NCBI GenBank assembly: GCA_943704425.1
Contig: CALSCP010001260.1
Coordinates: 15,862 to 71,916 of the forward strand
Direction of reading: 5' to 3'
Length of the DNA stretch: 56,055 bases
From: Ministeria vibrans ATCC 50519
Taxonomy: Eukaryota; Protista; Filasterea
The notes under the pieces were generated by a model. That model saw nothing but the letters and a program-made list of their open reading frames with translations, made no database searches and had not been told where the DNA came from. Shown here piece by piece: positions 14,642 through 26,040 of this stretch (positions are counted from its first letter, which is position 1; each line of letters opens with the position of its first letter). A program made the position numbers and the translations under genes.

Positions 14642-16427
14642 CCTGTCCGTATAGGCTATCTCAATACCGATGAAAAGGACCGTGTGCTGAAACAGGCAGC
14701 AGAGCGGAACCACTCTGACGTATCTAAAAAACCTCCCACGAGACATAATCAAAAAACACTCCCTGATTCATTTTTATGTTGATAGTTAAGTGTAATTGGA
14801 AACGCAGCAAATAAATATCCATTGTAAGAACACAGAGACAGTGTGTCGATTAATAATTATAATACTAATATAATACAATTTTCTTGTTTTTAGACTGAGG
14901 GCGAAGAAAATCTGGACAAAAAACACCGATGAATTTCGCAAATCAGCCGATCTGAAACACTACGCAACAAATGTAATAGAAATTCTTCTGAATATCACTC
15001 ACTCCCTCATTGAGCTGCACTCACATTCACTTCATCGCTCTCGCTCTCGTTCTCGCTCTCACTCTCTCTTTTTTTTCTTTTGTCCTTAGGTGTTTGAGAA
15101 AGACCCTGAAGAGTATTGGCAAATGCCAAGTGCGCGCGACAATTGGATTGTGTTTGATCTGCTGAATGAGTATCGGCTTACGGGCATCGCCTTTCAAGGG
15201 TTTGACAACCAGCAGATGCCCAAGAATTGGCTTTTGGAAAGCGGTAGCGAACGCATTTCTCAATCCCTTTGTTTCTGTCTCCTCTCTCTTTCTCTTCTCT
15301 CCCTCTCTCTTTCTCTCCCTATCCCTTTGCTTTTTTTGTTTTTTTCTGCTCTTCTCGCTATCGCTTTGTGCCTTTCTTCCTCCTTCTCCTCTTTCTTTAT
15401 TTCTTTTTGTACTGACTGTCTGTCCTGTTTGTGTGGTGTGTCAGGTCCAAGTGAAAAGGGTCCGTGGAAGACCGTCTCAGTGGGAATGTGCACTGCGGAT
15501 GTGAACGACCATGTCGTTGACGACGGAGATATCGAGCAGGTCTGCGCTCTCTCACTTTGTGTCTTCATTGTTTCTTTCTCTCTTTCTTTCTCTGTTTTTT
15601 TTCTCTGTTTCTCTTTCTTTCTCCCTCCTGCTTACCGCTTTTTTGTAGGTGGATGTGCTGGGAAAGCTCCAAGAAAAGCACGGGTTTGACGGAACCTCGC
15701 GGTTCTGGCGGGTGACGCTCAAGGACAACTGGGGCGCCTTCTCAACGGTTGTGCACCGCATTGCCCTGTTTGGCGTTGATCTGAAGCTGCAAGCGTGGCT
15801 GCACCAGCTTGGCTTTGACAAGTACTTCCCGGCCTTTCTCGACGCCGGCTTTGCCCAGATGTCCGACCTGTTTGAGCTGACTAAGCCGCAGATGGAGTCA
15901 ATCATTGAGCTGCCCGGCCACCGTCGCAAGATCACGCTCGCCCTGCGCGACATTATGGAGACGCTTATTGCGGGCGAGCTGCGTGACTTGTGGTGGGGCG
16001 TGGCACCTCCAGCTCGCTGCCAGGAGAACACGCCCGTGCCGGCCTTCTCTGTGCGCGGTGCCAAGAACTGCACCGACCCCGTCGAGCTAATTGTCCATGG
16101 CTGTCCGTCAGTCACAGGCACTCTTGTGCGCTCCCTTGCCCCGAGCCAGGCCGCTCCCAATGGGCCCAGCGAGGCTGTCTTCGACGACATTGTTCTTGCT
16201 CCCGCCGGTGACTACCTTATTGAGGTTCACTCTATCGAGCGTCCGGACATTTTAGTCCGTCAAGAAGCCCCCATCAGTGTTGGTACGAACATAGCACCGC
16301 AAGTTTGTGTGCAAATACGTCAGTGTCTGAAGCTATTGCTTTTTTTTATGCTTCAGATTTTGCGCTCAAGGATGAGAAGGCTCTGGCGGCCGCCTTTGAC
16401 GACATTGACGATCTGCTCAACTTTTAA
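12965..16427 (+). CDS. ANKS1/Caskin-like ankyrin-repeat protein with galactose-binding/discoidin-like domain and SAM domain (multi-exon)
   Basis: N-terminus MGKEDDLLRAA..GD....EKLL, then NVNC.D..G.TPL..AALNGH and further ankyrin repeats. EEYWQMP...NWIVFDL...YRLTGI...PKNWLLE...PWKTV...SRFWRV is F5/8-like. WLHQLGFDKY...F...GF..M.DL..LT.......I.LPGHRRKI is a SAM domain. Stop TAA at 16425-16427. Confidence 0.85.
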
Positions 16428-16485
16428 CTTGATGTACAAACTTTGGGCCTTTACAATAATGATAATAATAATACCATACAAGTTG

Positions 16486-16885
16486 TCATTTCTTCTTTGT
16501 GAGCCGCACCAAACGAAGGTTTTCTGCTGTCTTTCGATCAATCTCAACCTTGGCCGTGCGATAGAGCTTGCTGATGTTCTTGCGCAGCGCCCCATTCTCA
16601 ATCTCCTTCACGCGCAACTACCAAGAGCAAAAGCAATCATGAGCAAACCCCGACTCTGATTCAGCGCCTCCACGCCACACTACCTGCGCCTCCAATGTCC
16701 GTATCCTCTCCTCGGCCGCTTCCAACTGCGCCTCGGCCGCCGTCATCCTCTGCTTGACCTGAACAACGACAGACAAGCGTCGCTCATGCGCCGTCCTTCG
16801 CTTTCAACCCACACACCTCATTGTAATCGGGTTCTGCGTGTCGAGGCGCAACGATATCCTCGTAAAAATCAATCTCGTCTGCCAT
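16486..16885 (-). CDS. CASP8AP2: Small 91-aa coiled-coil protein homologous to the FLASH/CASP8AP2 N-terminal domain (exons 16885-16817, 16758-16684, 16617-16486)
   Basis: Spliced product MADEIDFYEDIVAPRHAEPDYNE|VKQRMTAAEAQLEAAEERIRTLEAQ|LRVKEIENGALRKNISKLYRTAKVEIDRKTAENLRLVRLTKKK*. Two phase-0 GT-AG introns. Matches, from memory, FLASH LDLYEEI...YNDL...[23 protein letters not shown]. Not in the ORF track. Confidence 0.75.
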
Positions 16886-17213
16886 GGTGCGCAAACAACA
16901 CCAGCCTATGCGTGTGAAGCGGAAAACAAACTGACAATGGTCAAATAAGAGTAATTATTGGCAATTTGGCATTTGGCAATCTGTTCTCACTTCTCTGATT
17001 TTGTCAGATACCAATGATCAAAAAGATCAAGAGAAACACACAATCCTCTAAACTTGACTGTGATGGTACAGCATTCAAAGCGGCCTACTGGCCACTGGGT
17101 ATAGAATTAGATGTGGGCTTCTGCAGCTGAGAAAGAAAAGGAGTTCGTTTCTCTTCTCTTCTCTCTCTTTCTCTGACATTCTCGTCAAAAATTTAATACA
17201 ATCTCTTATACAT

Positions 17214-18818
17214 TTACAAGACGTGTTGCTCAACGTACGATTCCCAGTCGTACGCGCCAACTTGGCGAAGGTCAGCCACTTCGCGCTGTTTCTCCCTGCG
17301 CTTGGTTTCGAGTTCTTTGCGCTCGCCCTGCTGCAGGCCCCCAAAGCGCAACAACTTGCGCAGCACCGCCTCTTCGGTGCGCTCGCGGGCAAGCACGTCC
17401 GCCCGACGCTCGCGTAGTAGTGCACAAAGCGTCTCGCGCGCACTTGGAGACCGTGCAAGGCGTACGTCGTCCATGGTGATGCCGAGCGTGTGCTCAACCA
17501 GCTCGTCAACGTCGAGCGGGGACAGTGCGTTGCCTGGCCCGTGCGCCTCCTTGTGGACGCGCTTGGAAGTGCGCATAGACCGTCGAAACCGATTGAGCAT
17601 CTCCGGGTCGATAGAATCGGTTGAGTCGGAGCGTTGCATGGAGCGGGGTTGACTGTGCTTGCGCAGGGCCTGCACCTTCGCCGCGACGTCGGCAGCGATG
17701 TCGCTCTCGTCGTCCATGTCAGGCAGGTCGTCGAGCGACGCCGTACTTGCCTCAAGCGGAGGAGGTTGGTGGTCCGATGAGCGTGGGGCAGTGCGTGGCG
17801 AGTAGGGGACGCTCGTGTTGGTGCTGAGCGTGCGCAGCGATACTTTGTCGTTGCGACGCGACGTGTGCGGAGAGAGCGAGAAGTTGTCAAAGCTGAAGCT
17901 GAGTTCCTGATCTTGTCGTTGTTGCTCCTGTTGCTCTTGCTCCTGCTGTTGCTGTTTCTGTTGTTGTTGTTGTTGCTGTTGCTGTTGCTGTTGCTTGCGC
18001 TCTCGTCGTGGCGAGAGAAGGGTTGAGAGAGAGGCTTTGAGGGAGCGAGGGCTGCTAATAACTGTCTCATGATCAGCTGCAGTGAGAGGTGTGTCGGAGG
18101 CGGCGGACGAGACAACCGACGTGGCAGTGGAGACTGTGCTGTCACGACGCGACACGGAGGTGTGGAATCCGGTGGGGAGGTCGCTGGGATTTTCAAAGGA
18201 CTCTGGATCGTCAGGGACTGTCTTGGAGCTTTGGGAGGGCATTGAGTTGGGCGAGCGACGCATGGAGGCGCGCAGCTCAAAGCGTGGGGCGGTCATCAGG
18301 CCTGTGTCGTCGGCAGGATCGTTGGTGAAGAGCCGTCGTGCTTGCAGTTCGGGGTCGTCGTCGTTGTCGTTATTGTTGTTGCGGTGATTGTCGCGGTCGT
18401 TGCCGTTGTCGCTTTCGTCGTAGAGCCGGGTGCTGTGGAATCGTCTGATGGGGGCGCCCTGGGCATCGGAGAGAGTCAGCATGGGCGGCTGGTTGACGGC
18501 TGTTCGCTGGGGAGGGCGGGCGAGGGCAGGCGTGTCGTCGCTGCGGTTCTCGGGCGTGTCTGACAGGCGTGTGTCTCGCCTCTCTCTTCGCCACTCGACG
18601 CGCGGCGACATGGCGAACTCTTCGGACATTTCTCGATCGTAGTCACCGGCCCAGATGCTTCTGGCGCCTGACAGCCCGGAGTCGGCGCGTGTTGCCGTTG
18701 ACGACGATGCGGACGGTCGGGGTGTGCGCCGGCGACGCAGACACGCAGCGGCAACGAGCGCAGTCAGGACAACTGCTATGCCGAGTACTATGCCAGCAAC
18801 GGCGCCTGCTGAGAGCAT
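17214..18818 (-). CDS. Single-pass membrane protein with long disordered cytoplasmic region and poly-Q, function unknown
   Basis: 534-aa intronless ORF; hydrophobic segment AVAGIVLGIAVVLTALVAAACL followed by an RRRR stop-transfer; C-terminal coiled coil. Confidence 0.75.
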   Translation of the reverse strand: MLSAGAVAGIVLGIAVVLTALVAAACLRRRRTPRPSASSSTATRADSGLSGARSIWAGDYDREMSEEFAMSPRVEWRRERRDTRLSDTPENRSDDTPALARPPQRTAVNQPPMLTLSDAQGAPIRRFHSTRLYDESDNGNDRDNHRNNNNDNDDDPELQARRLFTNDPADDTGLMTAPRFELRASMRRSPNSMPSQSSKTVPDDPESFENPSDLPTGFHTSVSRRDSTVSTATSVVSSAASDTPLTAADHETVISSPRSLKASLSTLLSPRRERKQQQQQQQQQQQQKQQQQEQEQQEQQRQDQELSFSFDNFSLSPHTSRRNDKVSLRTLSTNTSVPYSPRTAPRSSDHQPPPLEASTASLDDLPDMDDESDIAADVAAKVQALRKHSQPRSMQRSDSTDSIDPEMLNRFRRSMRTSKRVHKEAHGPGNALSPLDVDELVEHTLGITMDDVRLARSPSARETLCALLRERRADVLARERTEEAVLRKLLRFGGLQQGERKELETKRREKQREVADLRQVGAYDWESYVEQHVL

Positions 18819-19086
18819 GCGAGAACGACTCAGTCAAGGTGTGAAAAAAAGTAGATGTTTAAATGTTTTCACTTTTGCACGAGTCCACTCTTATGTCTTA
18901 TTAATGAGTAATAGGCCAAAGTGACAACGTGACTACGTCAGTGACTGCACTCAACCCTCAGATGCATGAGAGGCTACGCGGATCAGTCGGGTGCGTCGTG
19001 AGTCGCGTACAAGCAAACTGTTGCAGTCCGCAAAATTCAAAAAACAAATCAAATATAAAATTATAAATCTTTTTGTTTCTTCCTCA

Positions 19087-19529
19087 ATGGTTGATTTTGA
19101 TTCAATTGATGTGTTTATCGACTGCAACGGGTGGGTTGACTACGGATCGCTGTTGAAAGTGCGCGGGACAGCCTTGCTGCCAAACATCCAACGCATTGGT
19201 GCGGTCCGTCTTGCTGATCTCGAGGCGGCCGGGCCGGACACCCTCCTGGCGTTTCTCTTGGACGCGTACAACCTGCTGTCGTTGAACCACATGTGCGAAC
19301 TGCTCGATGTGAATCCGAACTACGACAACCGCGGATTGGGCGCAAAGTAAGTGAATGAGCGAATTGGGTTTGCGTCACAAGTGAAAGTGGGGCCATTCGT
19401 TCGCAGTGCAGCGCAAGGCCTTTGTGTGCCTTGTGCGTCCCTGTGCTGCGCGTGTGTGTTGTTGTAGTCCCACTGGACACTGAGGCATGCCATTCTTCTG
19501 CGTTTTTGTTGCGCTTGTCATATTGTGGC

Positions 19530-19583
<54 letters not shown>

Positions 19584-20262
19584 ACAAGGAATGCGCATTA
19601 GGCTTCGTTCGCTTGCGTATATGTACTCTGCCGGCGTTTGTTTGCTTGGGTCTGATGGTGGTGTGTTGCTCTCACGCTCACTCCTCTCTTTCTCTTTGGT
19701 GCACTAGAATCAAATTTTTCTTTACGCACAAAGTCACAGTCGGCGGTCAGCGAATGTCCCTCTATAAGCTGGAAGGCAAAATCCGCAAGTTTGGTGACCC
19801 CAGAATACATTTCTATCTCAACTGCGCAAGGTAGGAAGATGACGAAATCACTGTTGGACATGATCATATCTGTGTGCTTGGTAGTCGGTCGTGTCCGCGA
19901 CTCCGAAAGGGTTTTGTGACGGCAAAAACACTCAACAGTGTCCTGGATGTAAGCACACCTTGTACTCACTGCTCAACTCACTTCCTACGATAATCGCACC
20001 ACTGACTCCCACGCGCATGAATGACTAGGAGAGCACGCGCGACTTCATCAACAGACAAGGAGGCGTGGAGTACACGGCGCGCGAGTACAAGGCGGCGCAC
20101 CTGCGCGTATCGAGCATCTTCAAGTGGTACCGCAAGGACCTGCCCCATGGCGACATCTGCGCCTTTGTCCGTCGCTTCTATGACCGCGGTGAACTCACTC
20201 CCCCCATGAAGGTCAAGTATCTCAAGTACGACTGGTCCAAGAACGACCTGCCCACTTCGTAG
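19087..20262 (+). CDS. DUF547 domain protein (about 4 exons)
   Basis: Motifs G.VDY..L, LAF..DAYN, VGG..MSL..LE..IR..GDPRIHF.LNCAS.SCP.L, VSSIFKWY..D, YL.YDWS.N are characteristic of DUF547. Confidence 0.85.
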
Positions 20263-20473
20263 CCGCTCGTGCGTGCCCTGTGCGTCGGTCGCGGGGTTAT
20301 TAGTATTATAATTAAAATATTTACTATTGTTATTATGATGGTTATTATATTGGTATGACTGGTATGTTCTCGTCCTCAAACCAAACGTGAGACAATCTCG
20401 GTCACCATCCGCCGTAGCTTTTGGTCCCGCCCAATGGGAGTGCGGAGCAGGGTGGTTGTTCGGAAAGAAGAAG

Positions 20474-21790
20474 TTAGAGATGTCTTCTCTGAAAGTAGTC
20501 GAGAGCGGCGACTGTCCAAAGCTGCACGCGCGATCCAAGCGGGCGGTGAGCACCCGCAAGGCGCTCGGGGAACGGGTGGTCATCGGGGAGCTGGCGCAGA
20601 ACAGACGCGACCCGTGCAGCGACTTGAGCGCAGTGGGCGAGTTCCCAGCGCTGTGCCGCTGCATGGATGAACGCTTGCTCAAAGGGCCACACTGTGTTGG
20701 CGTGGTAGCCGTCGACAAGCCCGATTGCATCGTGCGCCGACATTGGACGGTAGCCCAGCCGCGTCTCTAACATCCTTGTAGCGTTTTCCACCTTTGATAT
20801 TGCCCCGGTCGGCACATCGCTCTCCTCCAGAAAGTACAGTGCAAACAGCTGATCGGTGGTCGCGTCGCGTCCCGCAAACACCCCAAACTCATCCCGACCC
20901 GTCACGAAGCGCGACAATTCGGCATCCCACAGGTGATCCACGAGTCCTCGCTGCATAGCACGTATCGTAGAACCAAGTTCGACGGCACGTTCCGGCAACA
21001 GCGTCTGAGCGACGCGCAGGGCCGCCAAAGCCTGAGCGTGGACCAGCAAATACACGGCCGGGTAGACAGGCTCGCCGCGCGCACGAGACGCCAACAAAGA
21101 GTCCTTCCAGTAGGTGACCAACAAAGCAAAGTGCTTGGCGCCACCGGCAAGCTCGGGCGACTCAAAGTACACCAGGGAGTCGTCAGTGGCACCTGCACCC
21201 TTGGCTGGACGCAAATGTCTCAAGATGTAATCCACGGCGCGCAATAAGTGCGGTCTGAGACGCTCAATGAGCCGCTCGAAGCGAGAGTGCTGAGAAGCAA
21301 GGCGGCCAGCCACAATGAGAAAGAGTGGGGTGGTGTCGCAGGCGGAGAAGGTCGTGCGCAACGATGGACGCGACTTCAATTGCTGTCCGGGCCACTCGTG
21401 AAAGATCTTGCCGGGCTCCTCGCCAGTGAGAGCGTCTTCCTTGCTGCCCTGGTGGCGTGCAATCCACTCCAGCGTTGTCGAGGCGAGCTGGTGGTGCTGT
21501 TGGCTTTCGGGGGAGTCGTCGACGAGGAGCAGGAGCGAGTACAGGGCGTCGCGGGCGAACACGCGAGGAAACACGGGCAGACCGGCACGCGGAATGCCTT
21601 CGGGCGTAAGCAGCTGGCGAAGGGCGCCGTCGACGGTGGTCGCCGGAGTGAAGGGGCTCGCGTGACGGTCGCGAAAGGGAGCGAGAACCACGGAGGTGAT
21701 CGTCGCCGGACCAACCATGCCAATGGGGATGATCAGCGCGATCGCGACAAATGCAACCGGGAGCAGAAGTGAAAATGACATCCCAGCCAT
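20474..21790 (-). CDS. Amylo-alpha-1,6-glucosidase/glycogen-debranching-like (alpha/alpha)6 glycosidase, bacterial type, with N-terminal hydrophobic segment
   Basis: Intronless 438-aa ORF; AGLP.F...F.RD, HQG...D..TGEEPGKIFHE, D.TPLF, WKDS, YH..TVWP motifs of the bacterial GDE_C-like family. Confidence 0.8.
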   Translation of the reverse strand: MAGMSFSLLLPVAFVAIALIIPIGMVGPATITSVVLAPFRDRHASPFTPATTVDGALRQLLTPEGIPRAGLPVFPRVFARDALYSLLLLVDDSPESQQHHQLASTTLEWIARHQGSKEDALTGEEPGKIFHEWPGQQLKSRPSLRTTFSACDTTPLFLIVAGRLASQHSRFERLIERLRPHLLRAVDYILRHLRPAKGAGATDDSLVYFESPELAGGAKHFALLVTYWKDSLLASRARGEPVYPAVYLLVHAQALAALRVAQTLLPERAVELGSTIRAMQRGLVDHLWDAELSRFVTGRDEFGVFAGRDATTDQLFALYFLEESDVPTGAISKVENATRMLETRLGYRPMSAHDAIGLVDGYHANTVWPFEQAFIHAAAQRWELAHCAQVAARVASVLRQLPDDHPFPERLAGAHRPLGSRVQLWTVAALDYFQRRHL

Positions 21791-21890
21791 GGTGGGGGCC
21801 GTCGAGCTAGCAAAATTTCTTAACTATTCTGTGACTATTCTTATGTAATTATAAATTATTTTATTTTACTATTATTATTCATTTTATTCA

Positions 21891-24834
21891 ATGGCAAATC
21901 ACGTCGCAGACAAGATTGCTCTGTCGCTGACTGGGGCTGACGATCTTGAGAAAGCCGTTTACAAGGTGGGGCCCACTACATACTTATATATAATTATATT
22001 GTGTGTGTGTGTTTTTTTTCGAAAGTAATGAGTCGTTTTTGAAAAAAAAAAACAGAAAGCGAAATTGTAACCAAAAGCCCCTTTTGCTTTATTTGAGTGT
22101 AGGCGACCAACGCGGATGTCGTTCGTCCTAAGAAGAAGCATGTGACGCGTAAGGGAAGCGAGAAGGGGCAATAAGTGGGAGAGGAGAAAGAGAGGGAGAG
22201 AGAGAGAGAGAGCACTGTTGAGTGTGGGGCACTCCAGCCCGCTTGGCTGGCGGCGCAGGCGTCCTCGGTGCCGATGCAGGGCGGGGTGGGGCCCGTGGGT
22301 TTGGATCCGGGGTGGAATGGAGGGCGTTGGATGGGGGTTTTTCCGACGCGGGTGCGTAACGATGAGATGTGTGTGTAGACTGCGTTGATCTGATCCGGGC
22401 GCGCCACTCGGTCGAGCGCATCATTCAGCTGACGCTTCGCCGTCTGCACGACACCCACTGGGTGTGTGTGCTCAAGGCCCTGACGTTGCTGCACCACTTT
22501 ATTCGCGAGGGCGGCACCATGTAAGAGACATGATTGTATTGTTGTGTGTCTTCTTTCTCTTTGTTCAATAAATTGTTGTTTGTTTGTTTCCTCCGGTGTG
22601 TTCCTGTTTCATTTTTTTTGTTTGTTGTCGTTTGTTTGTTTTTTTCCTCTGGTGTATATGATATGATGTCGTTTGTTTTCCCATCTTGTCAATGTGATCT
22701 TGTCAATGTGACCTGTGATGCGCGCGCTCACGTCTCATTAGGTTCCTGGACACCCTTTTGCGCGAGCGCGGTCGAGTTGAAGTGTCCATGTTCAGCGACC
22801 AGAGCAGTCTTGAAGGTACGACACACGCAGACACGAAGAGTCGGTGTTTGTCTTTCGCTAAGCGGTTCTTTTGGGGGGGTGCTGTTCCACTGCACAGCAC
22901 AAGACATGTCGCGCGTCATCCACCATTACAGCGCCTTTCTTCAAGCGCGCATTGACTCGTACCGTCGCAATGCCATTGACTTCCCGGCCCTGACGCTCAA
23001 CGAGACGATGCAGCAGTTGCACGAAATGGCAATTGGCGATGAGATCAAGCGCGTGAAAGAAATGCAAGCGCTCTTTGTGCTTACGCTTAAAACGGAGGTA
23101 CGACAAAGTGATATAGAGAAACGCGACGCGCACGCTCACATGCGACCATGGAGTTCAGTTTGTGTGGGAGCAGCTGTGCAATGAGCCGGCAGTGTATGCT
23201 TTTCTGCTAACGCTCAAGGACGCCACTCGGCTCTTCGTCGCCATCAACAACTCCGTCATCACCCTCCTCGGTACTCCATTTAGGGGCGTTTACCTTGCTG
23301 ATCCTCTGTTGTTCTCTCTCTCTCTCTCTCCTTTTTTCTCTTTCTCTTTTCTTCTTTCTTTCTGTATAGAATCGTTCTTTACGTTGAAACTTGACTCTGC
23401 TCGAGATGTGTATCACATTTATCGGGATTTTGCAACGCAGACAGAGCAGACTGTGAAACTGCTAGACCTGTCGAAGCAGATTCGACTTGAAGACTATGCG
23501 GACATGAGACGCCAGAAAGAGCTTCCGGAGATCAAAAGCGTATCAACACTGAGAGAAGAGAGAGACAAAGAGAGATGAGTGTGTGTGTCTGTCTGTCTGT
23601 GTATGTGTCTGTGTCTGTTTGTGTGTCTAATGCGTCTGTTGTACGTAGGTTCCTGAGCAGCTGCTGCACGCATTGCAGACCCATATTGAGCATCAGGAAG
23701 AGAATCTTGCGGCTGAGCGCAAGGCCAGCACCCAAGTTCCAATGTAGGGCACACATCTGTCGATCATTTGTCTGCGCCACTTCTGACCTGTCACTTCTTT
23801 CTCGTTTTCTTTCACTCTCTCGCCCTTAGCCAAAAATTCTCCATTCCCGCGCCGTCTGCATCCACCAACACTCGTCGACAAGTAACAACAGTCCAGTCAT
23901 GCCCATACCCACACTCATACCATCTAACGCTTACCTGTATTCAGACGGACTCGCACGACAGCTCGTCACTGTTGATGTTTGCTCCCCCGCCCAGCAACAC
24001 CATCAAGTCCCGTGTGGGTTCGGCTGCTGCGCTCGCTGTTGTCGCCGCCCCTGTTCCCGCAGCTGCTGCTGTTCGTGCACCTGTCGAAGAAGACGACGAT
24101 CCTTTCTTGGCTCTCTCTCGCGAGCGCATCCAACAGGGCTCGTCAGCTAGTCTGAGTGCGTCGCCCGCCGTGCCGCCCGCCGCCGCCACCCTGTCCCTTG
24201 TGCACAGTCTCCAGTCACTCACTGTCGATGACTTTGATCCACTGCGCTCGTCTGCGTCCGGTTCAGGCCTTGCGCTTCCTTCCGTCTCTCCTCTTCTCGT
24301 TCCCCAGCCCGGCAAGGCCGACTACAACGATGCTCACTTTGCCTCCGTCTCTCCAAAGGTAAATCACCCAACCGACAGCAAACTGCCATCTCGACTTATG
24401 AGTACTGCCGTGTAGCCCCCTCGCACTGTGTCGCCTCTACCACCACAGCAGCACCAGCAGCAGCAACAACAACAACAGGCGTACGCCGGGTCAGTGTTCC
24501 ACCCTCACGTATGCTTTCTGCACTGTATTTTGTCGTGTCTCTTCTCACCTTCTTCTTCTATTTCTAGGGTGTCCCTGCAGCAGCGGCCACGTGGAGTGCA
24601 CACACGGTGCATCACCCTATGCCCTCGGCGACGCCCGCCTACAACAACATCCCTGCTCGCCCCGCCGAGCCCCACATCCCCGCCTTTCACGTCCAGCAGC
24701 AGTACCAGCCCCCCTTCCCGCAACATCAGCCCCAGGCCTACCAGCCCCAATCCTTCCCACAGATGCCTCCCCAGCAGCAGCATCAGCAGCAGCAACAACA
24801 ACAACAGTCTGCCCCCGATCCATTCGGCTGGTAG
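21891..24834 (+). CDS. PICALM: ANTH-domain clathrin assembly protein (PICALM/AP180-like; multi-exon)
   Basis: LEKAVYK|ATN.D...PKKKHV, RL....WV..LKAL..LH..IREG, DMS..I.HYS.FL, AFLLTLKD..RLF...N..VI.LL..FF. Low-complexity tail with DPF motifs ending DPFGW*. Confidence 0.85.
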
Positions 24835-25000
24835 ACTTTATAGAGACAAAACAAGTTCAGTACAAGCGGTCCCGAACCAAAGAAAACACAAACAATCCCC
24901 ATTCGTTCTGGATGCTCTCTCTCTCTCTCAAGTTTCTTGCTATATCTTTTTCTCGTCGTTCTCTCTTTACTGAAACACACACATGATCCTCACTTTCGCA

Positions 25001-25699
25001 TCACTTTGCGGCAGCAGACGCAGCCTCAACAGCGGCGGGCTGCTGCATGCGACGACGACGCTCGCGCACATCCCAATTGTACACGCGTGATGAATTCACC
25101 TGCAGCGTTGTGATTTGTTCTCGCACAAAAAGCATGTCTGTCTTGGTCTTCTCAACGGATTCCTTGGCGCTATTCAGGTTCTTTGTAAGCAGTGCGATGG
25201 CATCCTCCACGGTATACTCCAACATGACGTTGGCCTGTCAAAGAAACGAATATGCGTTAAGAATGAGGCGCCCTCGCATATCCATGTGACGTACGCCAAG
25301 CCACAGGTTCACGCTCTCCGTCGGTTTGATGGTAGCCATCGTGTAGAGGGTGTCGTTGAGCTCGAAGCGTGCGTGGATCTCTTCGTTGGACTCCTTCAGC
25401 ATCTTGCACGCCTCCAGACTGGCCGTAATCTCCGGCACCTTGAGACAGACAGACAGACAGACAGAGCGTGTGAGAGAGAGAGCGAGGCCGTGAGCAGCCG
25501 CGGACTGCCCGATGGAGCGCGTCCAACCGTTACCTTGTCTGTGAGCGCTGCGAGCTTTGCCAGAAGTGATCTCTCGACGACGTTGTAGCGCGTTTGCGAA
25601 TCGCTCAGTCCTTGTAATGCCTTTTCGGCAGATCCTTCGTAGTGCTCGTTGATGTACTTGTTCACATCGTCCTACAGCAGCCAAAACAAAAACGGTGAG

Positions 25700-25761
<62 letters not shown>

Positions 25762-25832
25762 AGCTGTTGTACAATGAAGCGTGCCCTGGGAACACCGCTA
25801 ACTTGTGTGGAGGAATCTGAGCTGTCGGCCAT
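25001..25832 (-). CDS. VBP1: Prefoldin subunit 3 (multi-exon)
   Basis: GVPRARF, DV..YI, K|VPEI..SL, FELNDTLY..A.I, VNLWLG|ANVMLEY.VEDA..LL.KN, D..F.REQITT.QVN.SRVYNWDV. Confidence 0.92.
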
Positions 25833-26040
25833 ATTGAACAAAAGAATGAAGATAAAACTGTATTAATAATTGCGATCAGTTAGTTTTTGTTTCGGTTTAC
25901 ACAATCACCGATTCACCGTGTGTGTGTGCGCGTGTGTGTCACTGTGTGTGTGGTAGACGGGGCGCCATTCGTAGGCTGGCGTTGACGCGTTTTGCCTTGG
26001 TTGGGTGACTTTTGCTGCTTTGGGTGTTTGAAGAACAACA

